Below are positions 12,023 to 25,429 of a DNA stretch of 64,000 bases, one piece after another. The notes under the pieces were generated by a model that saw nothing but the letters and a program-made list of their open reading frames with translations, searched no databases and was not told the origin of the DNA. The stretch is from Octopus vulgaris (taxonomy: Eukaryota). The position numbers and the translations under genes are program-made. The DNA lies in the NCBI GenBank assembly GCA_951406725.2, contig OX597814.1, positions 24,428,001 through 24,492,000 on the forward strand, written 5' to 3'. The first letter of the stretch is position 1. Each line of letters begins with the position of its first letter.

Positions 12023-12422
12023 AGGCGTAGGCATGGATGTGTGGTAAGTAGCTTGCTTACAAACCACATGGTTCTGGGTTCAGTCCCACTGCGTGGCACC
12101 TTGGGCAAGTGTCTTCTACTATAGCCTCGGGCCGACCAAAGCCTTGTGAGTGGATTTGGTAGATGGAAACTGAAAGAAGCTCGTCGTATATATGTATATA
12201 TATATATATGTGTGTGTGTATGTTTGTCCCCCCAACATCGCTTGACAACCGATGCTGGTGTGTTTACGTCCCCATAACTGAGCAGTTCAGCAAAAGAGAA
12301 CCGATAGAATAAGTACTAAGTTTACAAAGAATAATCCTGGGGTCGATTTACTCGACTAAAAGTGGTGCTCCAGCATGGCAACAGTCAAATGACTGAAACA
12401 AGTAAAAGAGTAAAAGAGTAAA
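12023..12422 (+). mobile_element. tRNA-SINE type B, full length, preceded by a degenerate copy at 11885-12020
   Basis: GTGTGGTAAGTAGCTTGC..GGTTCAGTCCC..ACCTTGGGCAAGTG, an internal TA/TG microsatellite and a (GTAAAAGA)n tail. Homologous to 49619, 57429 and 62128. Confidence 0.9.
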
Positions 12423-15400
12423 GGCGGAAGTTAATAGATCAGGTGGAAACAACCCTGATATTTATAGCAATCCTGAAAAGATGGAAATCAAAACTGACAC
12501 TCTAATGAATATATCAATTTACCATGAATAACAATTTTATGAAGGTCAACAGCATAATTGTTATCAAATCAACAAGGAGCTACACCAGCATCTTATATCA
12601 CTACCCTTATTGTTTTAGCAGTTTAAAACATTGCTTGAATGTAGTGTTCAGACCACTAAAGTAAATTAATCAATATTAAATTGAGTCTGTACCAATAGAT
12701 TACTTGGAAACAGGATATAATTGGCAACAGGAAGGGCATTCAGCCATAGAAAAACTGCTTCAAGGAATTCTGTCTGACCTATGAAAGCATGGAAAAGCTG
12801 ATGCTGAAACAATGTTGATGATATCAAATATTTTCCAAACTAGATAACGTGAAATTTCTGTTTATGTCTGTTCCTTTATGAAAGCCTAAAAGTATAGCCT
12901 TATCGAATTGTTTTAGGTATGTTTGATTTTAATTCATGGAATATACCATAGATGATGTTATAGTCCGTGCGATGTAAGAAAATTGGTTCAAGACCATAGT
13001 CATTTGTTTCAAGAAGATAATCTTCTTGTATGAAAGAACTAAATTCACTGATCTGTTAGTTAATATTATGTGACAAATTGTTGAAAACGTGGTGTCAGGT
13101 CTCTGAAAAGCTGACAAACTGTTTAATTTAGCAAGCTGTGAAAATACATTAAGTATATGCAGTATATCAGCAACAAACCGCATATGTCCATGTATAATAT
13201 GCAATCAGATTCTAATTGCACCTTCAAACCATAAATAGAGTCTGCACCAATAAATTAACTCACAGAAAAGTTAATAACTGGCAACATAAATTTCAAATGT
13301 GTAATATATGTGTTACTCATTAATTAGTGACGGAGCCACCAATTTAAATTCACTGTTATATCATGGTGACGTATGTTACTAGCTAGAAACTTCGTATTTA
13401 GATCTGGTGAAATGTAACACATAGAGGTGTACATTTGGTTTAATTAAAAACTGCTGACCTGGGGGCTGGAAAGATTATATTTAATGTGCACATATATGCA
13501 TTTTTCAGTTATTTACAATATTAATTCTGTATATGTATGCATGCGTGTGCATTTGTGTGTATGTGTTCGTGTATTTGTGTGTGTGTTTGATGTGTGAGTG
13601 CATGTATGTCTGTTTGGGAGATAAGAAAATTACTGCCAATTCAATGTGGTGGAAGTTGATATGTTTCACCAATTTACAGTTGAAGAGTTCTTGATGGAAA
13701 TGCTACTTTTAAACTGATAAGCTTAAGAAAGCAATTGATGAGAGAAGATAGTAAGTGATGAGTTGAACATGTAACTTGACAGAATTGGTGATAGACTATT
13801 CAGTAAAGATGGGAGAAGATGATTGGAAAATGTACAGATTCTTTGTTAATCATGCAATAATATAGCAGATTAGTTTTTAAGGCCGTGACAAATAGAACTG
13901 ATATCAATCTGTCTGGGAACAGGAAGGCACGGGCGATAACTTAAACACTTTTAAGTCCACAGATGGGAACTAAGTGTTTGGTATATTGGACATTAGTTGG
14001 TACTACTAGCTTCTTATCAAATGTGCAGACTTTTAAAGTGTCTTGTTGATCACTCTGTTTAATGTGAGTGATATGTAATGTTAAATATAGAGTAATGTCA
14101 AGTAAAGAGGAAAATGAAAATGAGTCATTAAAAGTTTTGATTCAGTAAGAAAACACCTAATTCTGATTCTGATTTATTTCCTAGAATTTTGTTTGACAAT
14201 TCAATATCTGTTTCTTTCGTATCAGTGTTTGCTAGATAGTATTTTTAAAGTCTGTACCATAACATATTTCCAAAGCAAAGCAACTGTTTTTATATCTGGA
14301 TTCTTTCCCAACCACTAACAATAAAAGAAGACATTTTGTTTTATTTATTTTTATGGCTTAGTCAGAAATTAAAATTTCTATGACTATTTCCAAAAGACTT
14401 CTAAAACTAAACGAAAAAAGTGAAGAGGGAGCCATGATATGCACATTGCTGCCACAGAAACCAATTCAAAAAGATTCCAGATAGCAACTTAACATGTGAA
14501 GAAAATGGAAACCTTTCAATTGAATTTGTATTGAATTCGATTTAAACCAGAGACACCAAAGTGAGATGGGGACATAACATGGAATCTTAATTCTATGACT
14601 CTAGAACAGGTCAAAGCAGACAGGGGCAACCTTTTTTTTTTTTGAGAAATTGGCTGTATGAGACATGGCTCATCATCAGATGGACCACACATCATCATCA
14701 CCATCGTTTAACGTCTGCCTCACAACTAGAGAAAATTCAAAGCAATTCAGAAATCCTGTGGTCATAGTTTACCCAAGGCTGGTCTAAACTATGCTGGTTT
14801 GTTCACTTATTCTTAAGATAATTGTAAAAATAACACAAGGATTGTGCAAGGTTGCATAAAAAAGAGCTAAAATTTGACACAGACATTAAATAATGATAAA
14901 TCTCCATCTCCTGACAAAATCATGTGGAAAATTTTCTAGAAAATTGTATTGCATTGGATGGCATTATTATGTAATTTCTCTTTAAAATAATTGCTCTCAA
15001 TATGCAAATCTGAAATCCAATTTTAAGAACTAGTCTGAATTATTATGAGTTTATTCTAAATTATAGCAGTTTAATTTCATGTATTATATTTAACTAAGTG
15101 AAATTTTTAAAAAATATTATTACTGTATAGTGTGTGCTATTAGCTATTGATATTCTGTTCACTTAACTTCTACAGTTGTTTCAATTCTGAAATTGTTTTT
15201 GTGAATTAAAATAATTTCATATATGTCTTTGTATTTTAAATTATGAAAAATTAAAATCTTTTCAATCAAAAACACGATTAGGTAATATGTTATTGATCAA
15301 CATGATGTATGGCTATTTGAATGTATTATTCATAATTTTCTTATACAACTTGGAACGTTTCAAATTTGTGTGTAAGTAGCAGCAAGAAATATGCTAAAAC

Positions 15401-16789
15401 AGATGAAAACAATTTTGATTAATTCTTTAATAATTTTAAAGTGTACCAAAGTTAAATGGATATGCAATAATAAAATAATAATGATTTCTTTAACATAATA
15501 ATAATAATAATAATAATTCCTTCAGTCACATTATAAGTCTTTGAAAATACTATATATTTGTTCAATGTGAATATAATGATATAGGAAAAAATATACAAAC
15601 TAATTCAATGACATTTATCCATATAGACATAGACTTCTCAAGTTTTATGAGAAATATAGAAAAATCTCTAATATGCATATAATTCTTGTAATCAAAGAAT
15701 GCAGTAGGTTCAGAAAAAGAATACAGAAGCAAGAATAATAATTTTGCTTAATTGCAATGTCAAACCCAAAGTGGTCTGTGAAGTGAAAGGTAAATTAAGT
15801 GGAGTGAGTGCAGAGTTGCGAGAACACTTTAGTCTTGCTGAGTTCTTGACAACCTTACCTGTGCTGGTGACTAAGAACAATACTCCCATCGTTGTTGCTA
15901 GCAAGGGCATCCAGCTATAGAAATCATGATGAAACTCAGATGTTTGAACAAGATATAATCCTATAACTTTTCTTGGAGGGCTTTAGCCCCAATAAGAACT
16001 GATTCAGATTCTGTTATATCATATAAACCTTGCTATTAGGGGAAATAGACTTAAAATGATGTCAACGATGACAACGACAATAGATGATGGTGACGATGAT
16101 GATGGGGATTGTGGTGGGGGCAGTGATATTAACAGGCTAAAAAACAAAAAGGAGTATGGTTCTTTAGAAGCAACATCGAGATATAACTAAATTATTTTAA
16201 GTTTTCCAGTGGTGGATAAGTTTTTAATTGAATTAAGCAAATTGTTTAGGTTTTGAAGTTGAGGGATTAAAAATAAAATATTTATTATATACTTTGCAGG
16301 TATCATGTATCACATGAAAAATATAAACACCAAAATTACACACACACACACAAACACACACATAAGAATGCTGGATTGACTTATACTTCAAGTTTTGTCC
16401 ATTTATAACATTAGAACTTAGCATCCCTTACATTAATGTGTGTGTATGTTCGAGCATGAATATAGATGTGCATGTGAACATATATATTCATTTATATTCA
16501 ACAATGCATTCGTTTGATAATATTTGTGAATAAACATTGCCACTGATTGTTTCACGTAGAAAAAATTTCATAATTCTTCAAGTGTTCTAAAGAATGTTGC
16601 TAATTGAGCCTGTTTCGTATGGGACTACTTGAGATTACACACGATTATACAAGACTTCAAAATTAAGAGATACAGAGATAAAGAGAGATGATTCTTTTAG
16701 GGACGTATTTAATTGTTATTTCCCTTGCATTGACCTTGTTTTTCTTTCTGCAAGTATTTGTGCTTAACGCAGATTATATATATATATAG

Positions 16790-16838
<49 letters not shown>

Positions 16839-18097
16839 CACACACACACACACATACTAATGCATCCAAAAATAAATGCCAAAATTTTGTGGATATATGC
16901 ACGTATGTATCTTGTCAATTATGAGGTTTCCACAAGATTTGAACGTATGATTAGTCCATGAAATTGTAAGTTCATAAAATATAATAATTTGCAAACCGTT
17001 TGTTGCTTGTATATGTGTTATGTGTTTGTTATGCATTATCTCTGTAGGTCAGAAAACTAGCACAAGTTCTTGGGAGTATATTTCTATAATGCTTATTGTG
17101 CATAAAATCAATCTTGACATTACATCTTAAATCTATTCTAGTTGGATAGATAGTTAGATGGACGAGGTGGTCATGCTTGAAATTTGTAGTTTAAGATATT
17201 TGTATATGAAAAGGAGAAGGTTTCTTTTCTAATTTTCAAAGTGTTCCTTGTCAAAATTATGATTTCTAATCTCTCTGTAATACAGAGGTTGCATCTGCTG
17301 CCTTGTCCTTTGTACTTGCTGACCTCTAATGCTCCAGTTTATATGGGAGTTATTCATGCTCCCGTCTTCAAGGTTCTATACTACGTTAGAAAAAGATGTT
17401 TACGTATTTTATTCCTATCTTCCCTTGAAATTTATTTTCAGCAAGTCCAATGCAAGTTCTTATGGCCAGATCCATATCTGTGATACTAGCCTTGTAAGCC
17501 AGTTTGTTTAGACACATAATGCTCGGAGAACAGTTATTAGCATGTATGTGTGTGTGTGTCTGTGTGTGTGTGATTGTAAGTAGATGTGCTAGGAGCATGA
17601 CACATTTCTGTATAAAGCTGTGAATCTGAATAACATTCACATTAAACTCTTATTGTTACTGGATCCAGGGAAGGAAACTGTATAGAGTATAATGTTATTA
17701 ATTAGTATGAAGAGAACGTGTCGTAAGAAAATAAGAGGAAGCGAAATGTTGGTATTTCGTTTATTTCATTTCCATTATGATCGTTTCAGTGAATGATGAA
17801 TAGTTAGAAATTTTAATCAATTAAATCGACCATGGATTACATCATTAAAAGATGGAATGAAATACCATATTTCAATGTATTAACTGATGATGCAGTCTAT
17901 GATTGATCTAATTGGTTATAATTTCTAATCATTTATCGATCTTGATTATTGATCAGAATAGAAATGAAATATGGAAATATGTGAGAGTAATGATATTTTG
18001 ACGATATTTTCCCTGTGTTAATTTACTGAGAGCACATTGGAATAGCAATGCATCAAGAAAAAAACATTCATAAAGAAATCCTGACAACTTCTTAACC

Positions 18098-18395
18098 ATT
18101 AACTACTGTTATCACCACTATGGCCGTTGATGTTAGTACTACGACCACTGCTACAGCCATCTCCTTCAGTTGCTACCATAGTTACCAACACTACTGCATG
18201 AGCTGCTATTGCTGAAACTACTGCTCCTCTGATATTGATGCAGTCACTACTATTTATCTGACTGAATGCTACTACAACCTTTACCATTGTCACAGCTACT
18301 ACTACTGTCAATGCCACTATACAACTTTTCTCATCCTTAGTAACAATAGACCACCACCACTGCTACTATGATTATGACCCAATAACAACTACCAT
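18098..18395. repeat. Degenerate CTA/CTG/CCA trinucleotide low-complexity tract
   Basis: ACTACT/GCTACT/CCACCA periodicity. Confidence 0.7.
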
Positions 18396-20112
18396 GTAAA
18401 TTTTGTAAGAAGCAGAGATGGACTTTCAAAACTGCTGTCATGAAGGATTAATTTATTTCAGTTTAATTCCCACTTTTATTTGCATGACTATAGTCCCTTG
18501 ACAAGTGAAACCGGTAGCTTCTCAAGGCAAAAATGTAAATTTTCCATTCCCTTCACATAATAGAGACCTCATAGCATTTTACTGCTTTGATTTTAGAGTA
18601 AATTTACTAGTGTGAAAACTTCTTAGCAACATATACATATTCGTATATATATGAAACATAATACACATACATAATACACACACACACACGCTCATACACA
18701 ATCATGATTTGATAGATAGACGTGTAGATGATGAGTTTCTGCACAATTTCTGCTATCCAAATTCCATTCACAAGTTTTTATTTAATGTATGTGTGTATGT
18801 GTCTGTCTGTATGTATGTATGTATGTCGGCATGTACGTATCTGTGTGTGTGTGTGTGCATAAATTACATCCATATTGAGCAAATTGTTATGTGTACTATA
18901 TTTAAGCATGAATGTGCACACATGTGTTTAAACCTTGGTTCATGTAGTTCTTTATATAGTTATATATTTTTCTACCTCTAGGAAAATAAATGTATCTCTA
19001 TATGAATGCATGCATGAACAGCCTCGAGAATATTCATAAATACTATATTTGTTCTTTTAGTTATTATAATTGATTATGCTTATAAGTGCAGATATTTTTG
19101 CTTTATTTTTGTGTCTCCCTTATTTCTCTTTGGCTTTTTCTCTTTCAGTTTCTCGCTGTCTCCATCTCTTTCCACCCTGTCCCTTTCTCTGTCCCCCATT
19201 CTCCTTCCTCTCTCTTTCTTCCTCTCTCAATCTAATATAAGATTCCTTATGTGTTAAAATGTTTGAAATAACCATGCCTATCTTATGATATGAAATTCTT
19301 TTATACAGCTCTAGAACTAATTGCATTTTTTTTCATCTTGTGTGATTGAATGGACAAAAGACGCAAATGTAAAACTCATGAGTAGAATTATATCATTCCA
19401 AATAATATCAATTGCATAATTTGACATTTCTGAAAGGTGAAATCCATCATAATTTCCCTATTTAGGAATAAAAATACTTGCAACAGCCAAGCCATCTACA
19501 AATGCTTCAAGTTAGGATTTTTAATATAGAATATACACATAAATAAAATGTATAGTCAAGTTAGGGCCATTATATCTAACATAGAAAGCAATGAATTAAT
19601 TAAATAATATTTGTGTGGTGAGGAGAAGAAAAACATTAACCAAATAACAATAATGTTTTTAATCTGATCTTGGCATGTATGGGTGACAACTTCGAGTTTC
19701 AAATTTTATTACACCTCCTCTCTGAAGTATAGCCTTTTCTGTATTTGCCAAATTAATCATATGTGAATAAATATCTGGTATAAATAATGTACACAAGTAG
19801 TCATATAAGATCATCATCATAGCCAATGTGACTACCTTGAGATACCAACTGATGGAAAAAATAAATGTTACTAGTGCCATCATATCTCTGAAGGAAAATA
19901 TTGTAAATTAATAATGGTTTCTTATACAGGAACAGTACCAGAAATCTTTGCAGGCTTAAAACAACCCCAGCACCTGAATAATAACTATTTTATTAACCCT
20001 GTAAGAATGTACATAAAGCTGATCTCAATAGTATTTTGAACTCAGAATGTAAGGAATTTGTAAAATATTTTGAGGCATTTTATTTACCAATTCTACCATA
20101 AAAAATTTTTTT

Positions 20113-20277
20113 TCTTTATTGCCCACATGGGGCTAAACATAGAGGAGACAAACAAGGACAGACAAAGGGATTAAGCCAATTAAATCAACCCCAGTGCGTA
20201 ACTGGTACTTATTTAATCGACCCCGAAAGGATGATAGGCTAAGTCGACCTCGGCAGATATTGAACTCAGAATGTAAA
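20113..20277 (-). mobile_element. Type A SINE, 5'-truncated
   Basis: Homologous to 5582-5812. Confidence 0.85.
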
Positions 20278-20769
20278 ATTAATAATGCTTAAGAGGTGGG
20301 AAGAAGGAAAACATTGGTTCAAATGGATAATATTTGATTTTGAATTTGACAAGTATGGGCAACAACTTATACATGTTTTATATTTATTAAACTTCCTCCT
20401 CAAAGAATAAGCTTATCCATATTTGCTAAATTAGTGTGAAGAGAGTAAAAGTGATGAAGAAGTGTGTATAGCACTAGCCATAATGAAGCTCAAGATGAAA
20501 ACCAAAATATTAAATTTTGAAGAAACATGGTTTTCAAGAAAAATCTTAAGCACAAATGAAACATTTCCTAAATATAGAAAACAATCATAGATATAGATCA
20601 TCCTATGCTCAAAGAATTTCCTTCCATTATCATCTCATCTTGTTTTTGGTATTGTATATGAATGACTACGTTATTTAATGTGTTTTTCTCTTTTCAAGAC
20701 ACTAGGGTGTAATTTGTGTGGGGATCAGTTACTGCTTCTAACAGTTTGATTGATTGAAAGATAGAGACT

Positions 20770-20955
20770 AGACTTTTGGAAAATAGTGAGTTTCTGAGAA
20801 ACCTAAGTGAAAATTCTGTTGTGTCTGGGGAGAGTCATTTTCTTTTTGTGCCTTATAATGTAACACACTCACCGGTAAAATTTCCACTTATTTCTTATTT
20901 TTATTTTCTTAAAATTTTCGTTGCATCTTGCAACATTTTCAATAGTCTTGACTCT
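20770..20955. repeat. Interspersed repeat unit, possibly Penelope-LTR related
   Basis: Contains the hairpin GTTGCATCTTGCAAC. Family recognised from memory only. Confidence 0.4.
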
Positions 20956-22105
20956 AAGTAAAAATGGTTCTCAGATTCACCAACAGTGTAAAAAACAGTT
21001 AATATATATTGTTAGAATCTACAATGTTAAAGGTGAAATTCTATGTAATTACTGCTACAGATAGTAGTAGTGAAGAAAGTATCTTTATACAGAAACTCAA
21101 GCTGCTAGAAATAACACAAGACAAGTGAATCTCTATGCAATTTTTTGACCTGTAAAATATAGAGCCATATCACTCTCAGAAAATATCTTACAATTTAAAA
21201 GATACATGATCTTGAATAAGATAGTCCTTGATAAATTGCTGATCTTAGATCTGTTTGATCAGAGCTGAACTAGGCAATAACAACCACCACAACAACACTA
21301 ACCATACGTTAGAAATGGAAAACACTGGCTCAAATATTTCTCTGTTATTGTAGTATTGTGAAATGATAACTACAGAATTGGATATAATTGAATAAACACT
21401 ATATGAATGACTATTATGCTTTGAAGCCCCTTTTGTAGCCTCCATTGTAGAATATTTTTCATGGATAGGACAATCTACTTACCTCTTTCGTTCTCAGTCT
21501 TCTATGTTCAATTAATCACTAATTATATATTATCCTTACCTAATAATGTTTTGATATCCAAGAAAATATAATCATTCTTGGGAATGAAGTATCTTGTTAC
21601 TAATAGAAGGTAACAAGATATGCTACCAGCACCAGGGTTGTCTTAGCTGTAGTATAGACCTTATGACAAATGAATGCATTGGGCATTATAGTAGTTATTT
21701 ATTGACAGCAAGTTACAATATATATAGATTGGGTCCCTAGATCCATGAGGCTTCTGGGCAACTTCCCAGTGTTCCCATGCCATAACATGGTACTGACCGG
21801 CAACATCTCTGTTTCTTTATTTTTTGATCATGAGAGAAGGCAGTGCAGATAACATTTCATAGGACCTCCAAGAATATTGGTCAGAGGGAAGGAAGGTATC
21901 TTCGAAGTGGAGACCTGCTCTAAATGTTTATAACAGTGTGAATTCTGTTAAAGGTACATAATGTGCAAGTTGTTGATGGTAAACGTAGTGACAGGTTAAG
22001 TTTATCACTCAAGTTGGCCACACTGGAATTTGAACTCAGTATTTGCTTCATATATTTGCTGGGATAAATACTGCAAAGCATTGCATGTGATGTTTTTATA
22101 TTTCT

Positions 22106-22337
22106 TATTTCTTTATTGCCCACAAGGAGCTAAACATAGAGGGGACAAACAAGGAGAGACAAAGGGGTTAAGTCGATTACATCGACCCCAGTGTGTAACT
22201 GGTACTTAATTTATCGACCCCGAAAGGATGAAAGTCAAAGTCGACCTCAGCAGAATTTGAACTCAGAACGTAATGGCAGACGAAATACCGCTAAGCATTT
22301 CACCTGGTGTACTAACATTTCTGCCAGCTCACCACCT
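22106..22337 (-). mobile_element. Type A SINE, full length
   Basis: Homologous to 5582. TTTTATATTTCT flanks both sides (TSD). Confidence 0.9.
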
Positions 22338-22555
22338 TATTTTTTTATATTTCTACCAATGTTTTTATATTCCTACCAATCCACTGGCCTAGATTGGTAC
22401 TTTTTGAATCAACTCCAAAAGTATGCAAATAAAGTTGGTCTTCATAGGAATTGAACTCCAAGCACTGGCTATCAGAATAAATACTGAAAAGCTTTCCACT
22501 TGAAGCTCTAACTACTGGTAAATGTCACATGTATTTCAGTATTATCTTAGATTTT

Positions 22556-22770
22556 ATGGCAGTGAGCAAACAGAAATGTTAGCACCCTGGGCAACATGCT
22601 TAGTGACATAATGTGTGTCTTTACATTCTGAGTTCGAATGCTGCTGAGGTCAACTTTGCCATTTATCATTTTGGGGTTGATAAAATAAATACCAGTTGAG
22701 CAGTGAAGTTGAAGTAATCAACTTACCCCTCCCCCAAAATTGCTGACTTTGTGCCAAAATTTGAAATCAT
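22556..22770 (+). mobile_element. Older type A SINE
   Basis: ACATTCTGAGTTCGAATGCTGCTGAGGTCAACTTTGCC..GATAAAATAAATACCAG. Confidence 0.75.
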
Positions 22771-23366
22771 TATCACAGATTTGCACTTTATTCCATTGCA
22801 TTGACTTACATTATAATTATACTAGAAACACCTTGAAATGACTTTATATTAAAATGTAACAAGTTTTAAGGTTTTAAAATTGCAAACTTTCACTATGAAA
22901 TTTTATTTTTCATTCTATACTTATATTTTGTTTTAGAACATTCTTACAGAGAAAATTGAAAACAGATTTAGCAATTTATCATATAAACAGATTCTAACTT
23001 CACAAAGTGTATGCCTAAGGGAGCAGGATTAATTCTGAGTGCATCAATAGTAAATGGAAGTGAAATAGATTACATTCATAATATTTTGCTTATAAAATTT
23101 GTAGAATCTCAGAAAGCTTTAGTCTTAAAATAATTTTACAGTAAGTCAACATACGTCAATATCTATATACATATACATATAAGGGGCTTCTGTTGCCTAA
23201 GGTGCACTTGTGTCTACATCTGTATGTATACATATGGGCAGGTAGACAGCAAAATTGGCCTTAGCAGGGTTTTGAAACCAGAGCACAGACTCACAAAAAT
23301 GGGACATTAAACATTCCATCAATTCTGCCTATTTGCTTTATATGTGAGTTTATATATAAATACACG

Positions 23367-23399
<33 letters not shown>

Positions 23400-23405
<6 letters not shown>

Positions 23406-23875
23406 GACGGGCTTCTTTCAGTTTCCATCTTCCAAATTCACTCACAAGGCTTTGGTTGGCCTGACGCTTTAGTAGAAGACACTTGCCCAAGTTGCCACAC
23501 AGTGGGAATGAACCAGGAACCATGTAGTTCGTAAGCAAATATATATATATATATATATATACCCATGCCAACCCCCTTGCTTGCGAAGACATGTTGGGGC
23601 AAGCGAAATCGAAATCGAATTGAACCAGCCAGGATCCCTGGTCTGGTGGTACGTAAAAAGCACTATCCGACTCGTGGCGTAAAAAGCACTATCCGACTCG
23701 TGGCTGATGCCAGCTCCGCCTCGTCTGGCTTCCGTGCCGGTGGCACATAAAATACACCAATCCGACCGTGGCCGTTGCCAGCCTCGCCTCTGGCTTCCCA
23801 GATCCCCGGTCGAACCGTCCAACCCATGCTAGCATGGAGAACGGACGTTAAACGATGATGATGATGATGATGATG

Positions 23876-23906
<31 letters not shown>

Positions 23907-24100
23907 ATGCATATGAGTTCTGTATGCAGAACTACCTGTCGTTGAAAGTGGAAGATACTTGTGGAAGAGGGAGACCCAGGACGGCATGGGATGAAGTGGT
24001 GAGGACTGATCTTAGAATGTTAGGACTCATGAAGGAGATGATAGGGGACCAAGATGTTTGGTGATATGAGGTTCTAGAAAAGACCCATCCCTGAAACTGA
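23400..24100. mobile_element. Cluster: type B SINE piece (-, 23400-23538), RTE 3' UTR (+, 23562-23876), RTE ORF2 end (+, 23925-24100)
   Basis: SINE core motifs; CCGTCCAACCCATGCTAGCATGG..GTTAAAC(GAT)n tail; peptide VEDTCGRGRPRTAWDEVVRTDLRMLGL. Confidence 0.85.
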
Positions 24101-24530
24101 GTGCTAGAAGAGTTGTCCCACCACATATAACAACACACCTTTCACCCACTCTACCCTAAGAAATCAAACTGCAACTCTTTTAACTGCATCTTTTGCTTCC
24201 TCACATTTCCTCTTCATAAATTATAATTGTTTTCCAATCCCTTTTCTTGCCCCCACTGCCATGTTCCCTGTGTCACTGCTCACCACATCCCCAACATCCA
24301 AACCCACACCCTAAAAACATGCCTAGCCATGGTCAGATATCACCTTTCTTAGAAACAGGCAAATTTTGGCTACAAGAAGAGTATCCAACCATAGAAAATA
24401 TTCTTCAATGATTTCTATCTGACCCATGAAAGCATGGAAAAGTGGATGTTAAAAAAATGAAGATCATGGTGATGATGAGAGGAGAAATAGAGAGAGACAG
24501 ACAGAGGAACAGACAGGTAAAAAGATAAAG

Positions 24531-24608
<78 letters not shown>
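24531..24608. repeat. (GATA)n microsatellite
   Basis: Perfect tetranucleotide run. Confidence 0.97.
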
Positions 24609-25291
24609 GCAAGGATTAGAATGGCACCACATTGAATGAATTAAACTCAAATCCTCTGTGTCAGAAGTCTCAGCAAGGCATGCTGATGGTATCTTGTGAA
24701 ATAAACATCAGATGTACATAGTGTGTGTATGTATGCACACACACACACATATATATATATAGATACACATACACACAAACACACTTTGAATACCTCCGTT
24801 TATATTCTAGTTAGATACCACTTTTAATAAAGAGCATTTGCATGTTATTTGCTCAGAAAATTTTCATACTCATCCTTTTCTGTGTATGTATGTATGTATG
24901 TGTGTGTGTGTGTGTGTGTCTCTGTCTGTCTATTTATCCACCAGTCCCTGTCGGTCCATCTGTGTGCTTGTTAGTCTCTCTCTCACTGTCTGTCTCTTTT
25001 TCACTCCAAGTACACACACACACATATACATATATCATAGGAGATTTTCTTATGGTAGAGAAATAGCTAGTTTTGGCTGCTTTTTCTAAATTTCAGTATG
25101 TGGTGAAGCAAATTTTTTACTGAGCCCTAATTATAATTATATTCATAATTATAAAAAAATTTTGTTTAAGTTTACCGATAATGATTCTTTTAACTTGCCA
25201 AATTACTTGGTAAAATTATTAATTATTAATTAACTAATTAATTTTACCCTTTATTATTATTGATACATACATATATGTATATATTTATGTA

Positions 25292-25350
25292 TTATTGGGT
25301 CATCCCATAAATAATGCAGTATTTTCACTTGTATGAAAGTCGGAGGGCGA
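25292..25350 (+). mobile_element. Mariner TIR fragment
   Basis: TATTGGGTCATCCCATAAATAATGCAG overlaps the ATAATGCGG TIR remnant at about 10530. Confidence 0.5.
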
Positions 25351-25429
25351 CATATACACTGATACGTATGTACGTATGTATGTATGCATGCATGCATGCA
25401 TGTATATATATGTATTTATACTACATTTA

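Noticed and set aside
12929-13204. 91-aa minus ORF faintly resembling a hAT transposase segment
   Set aside because: Similarity is too weak to support by eye, and no TIRs were found.
17241-17483. 80-aa plus ORF with a possible acceptor (also minus ORF 19659-19883)
   Set aside because: No recognisable domain or consistent exon chain; ORFs of this length are expected by chance.
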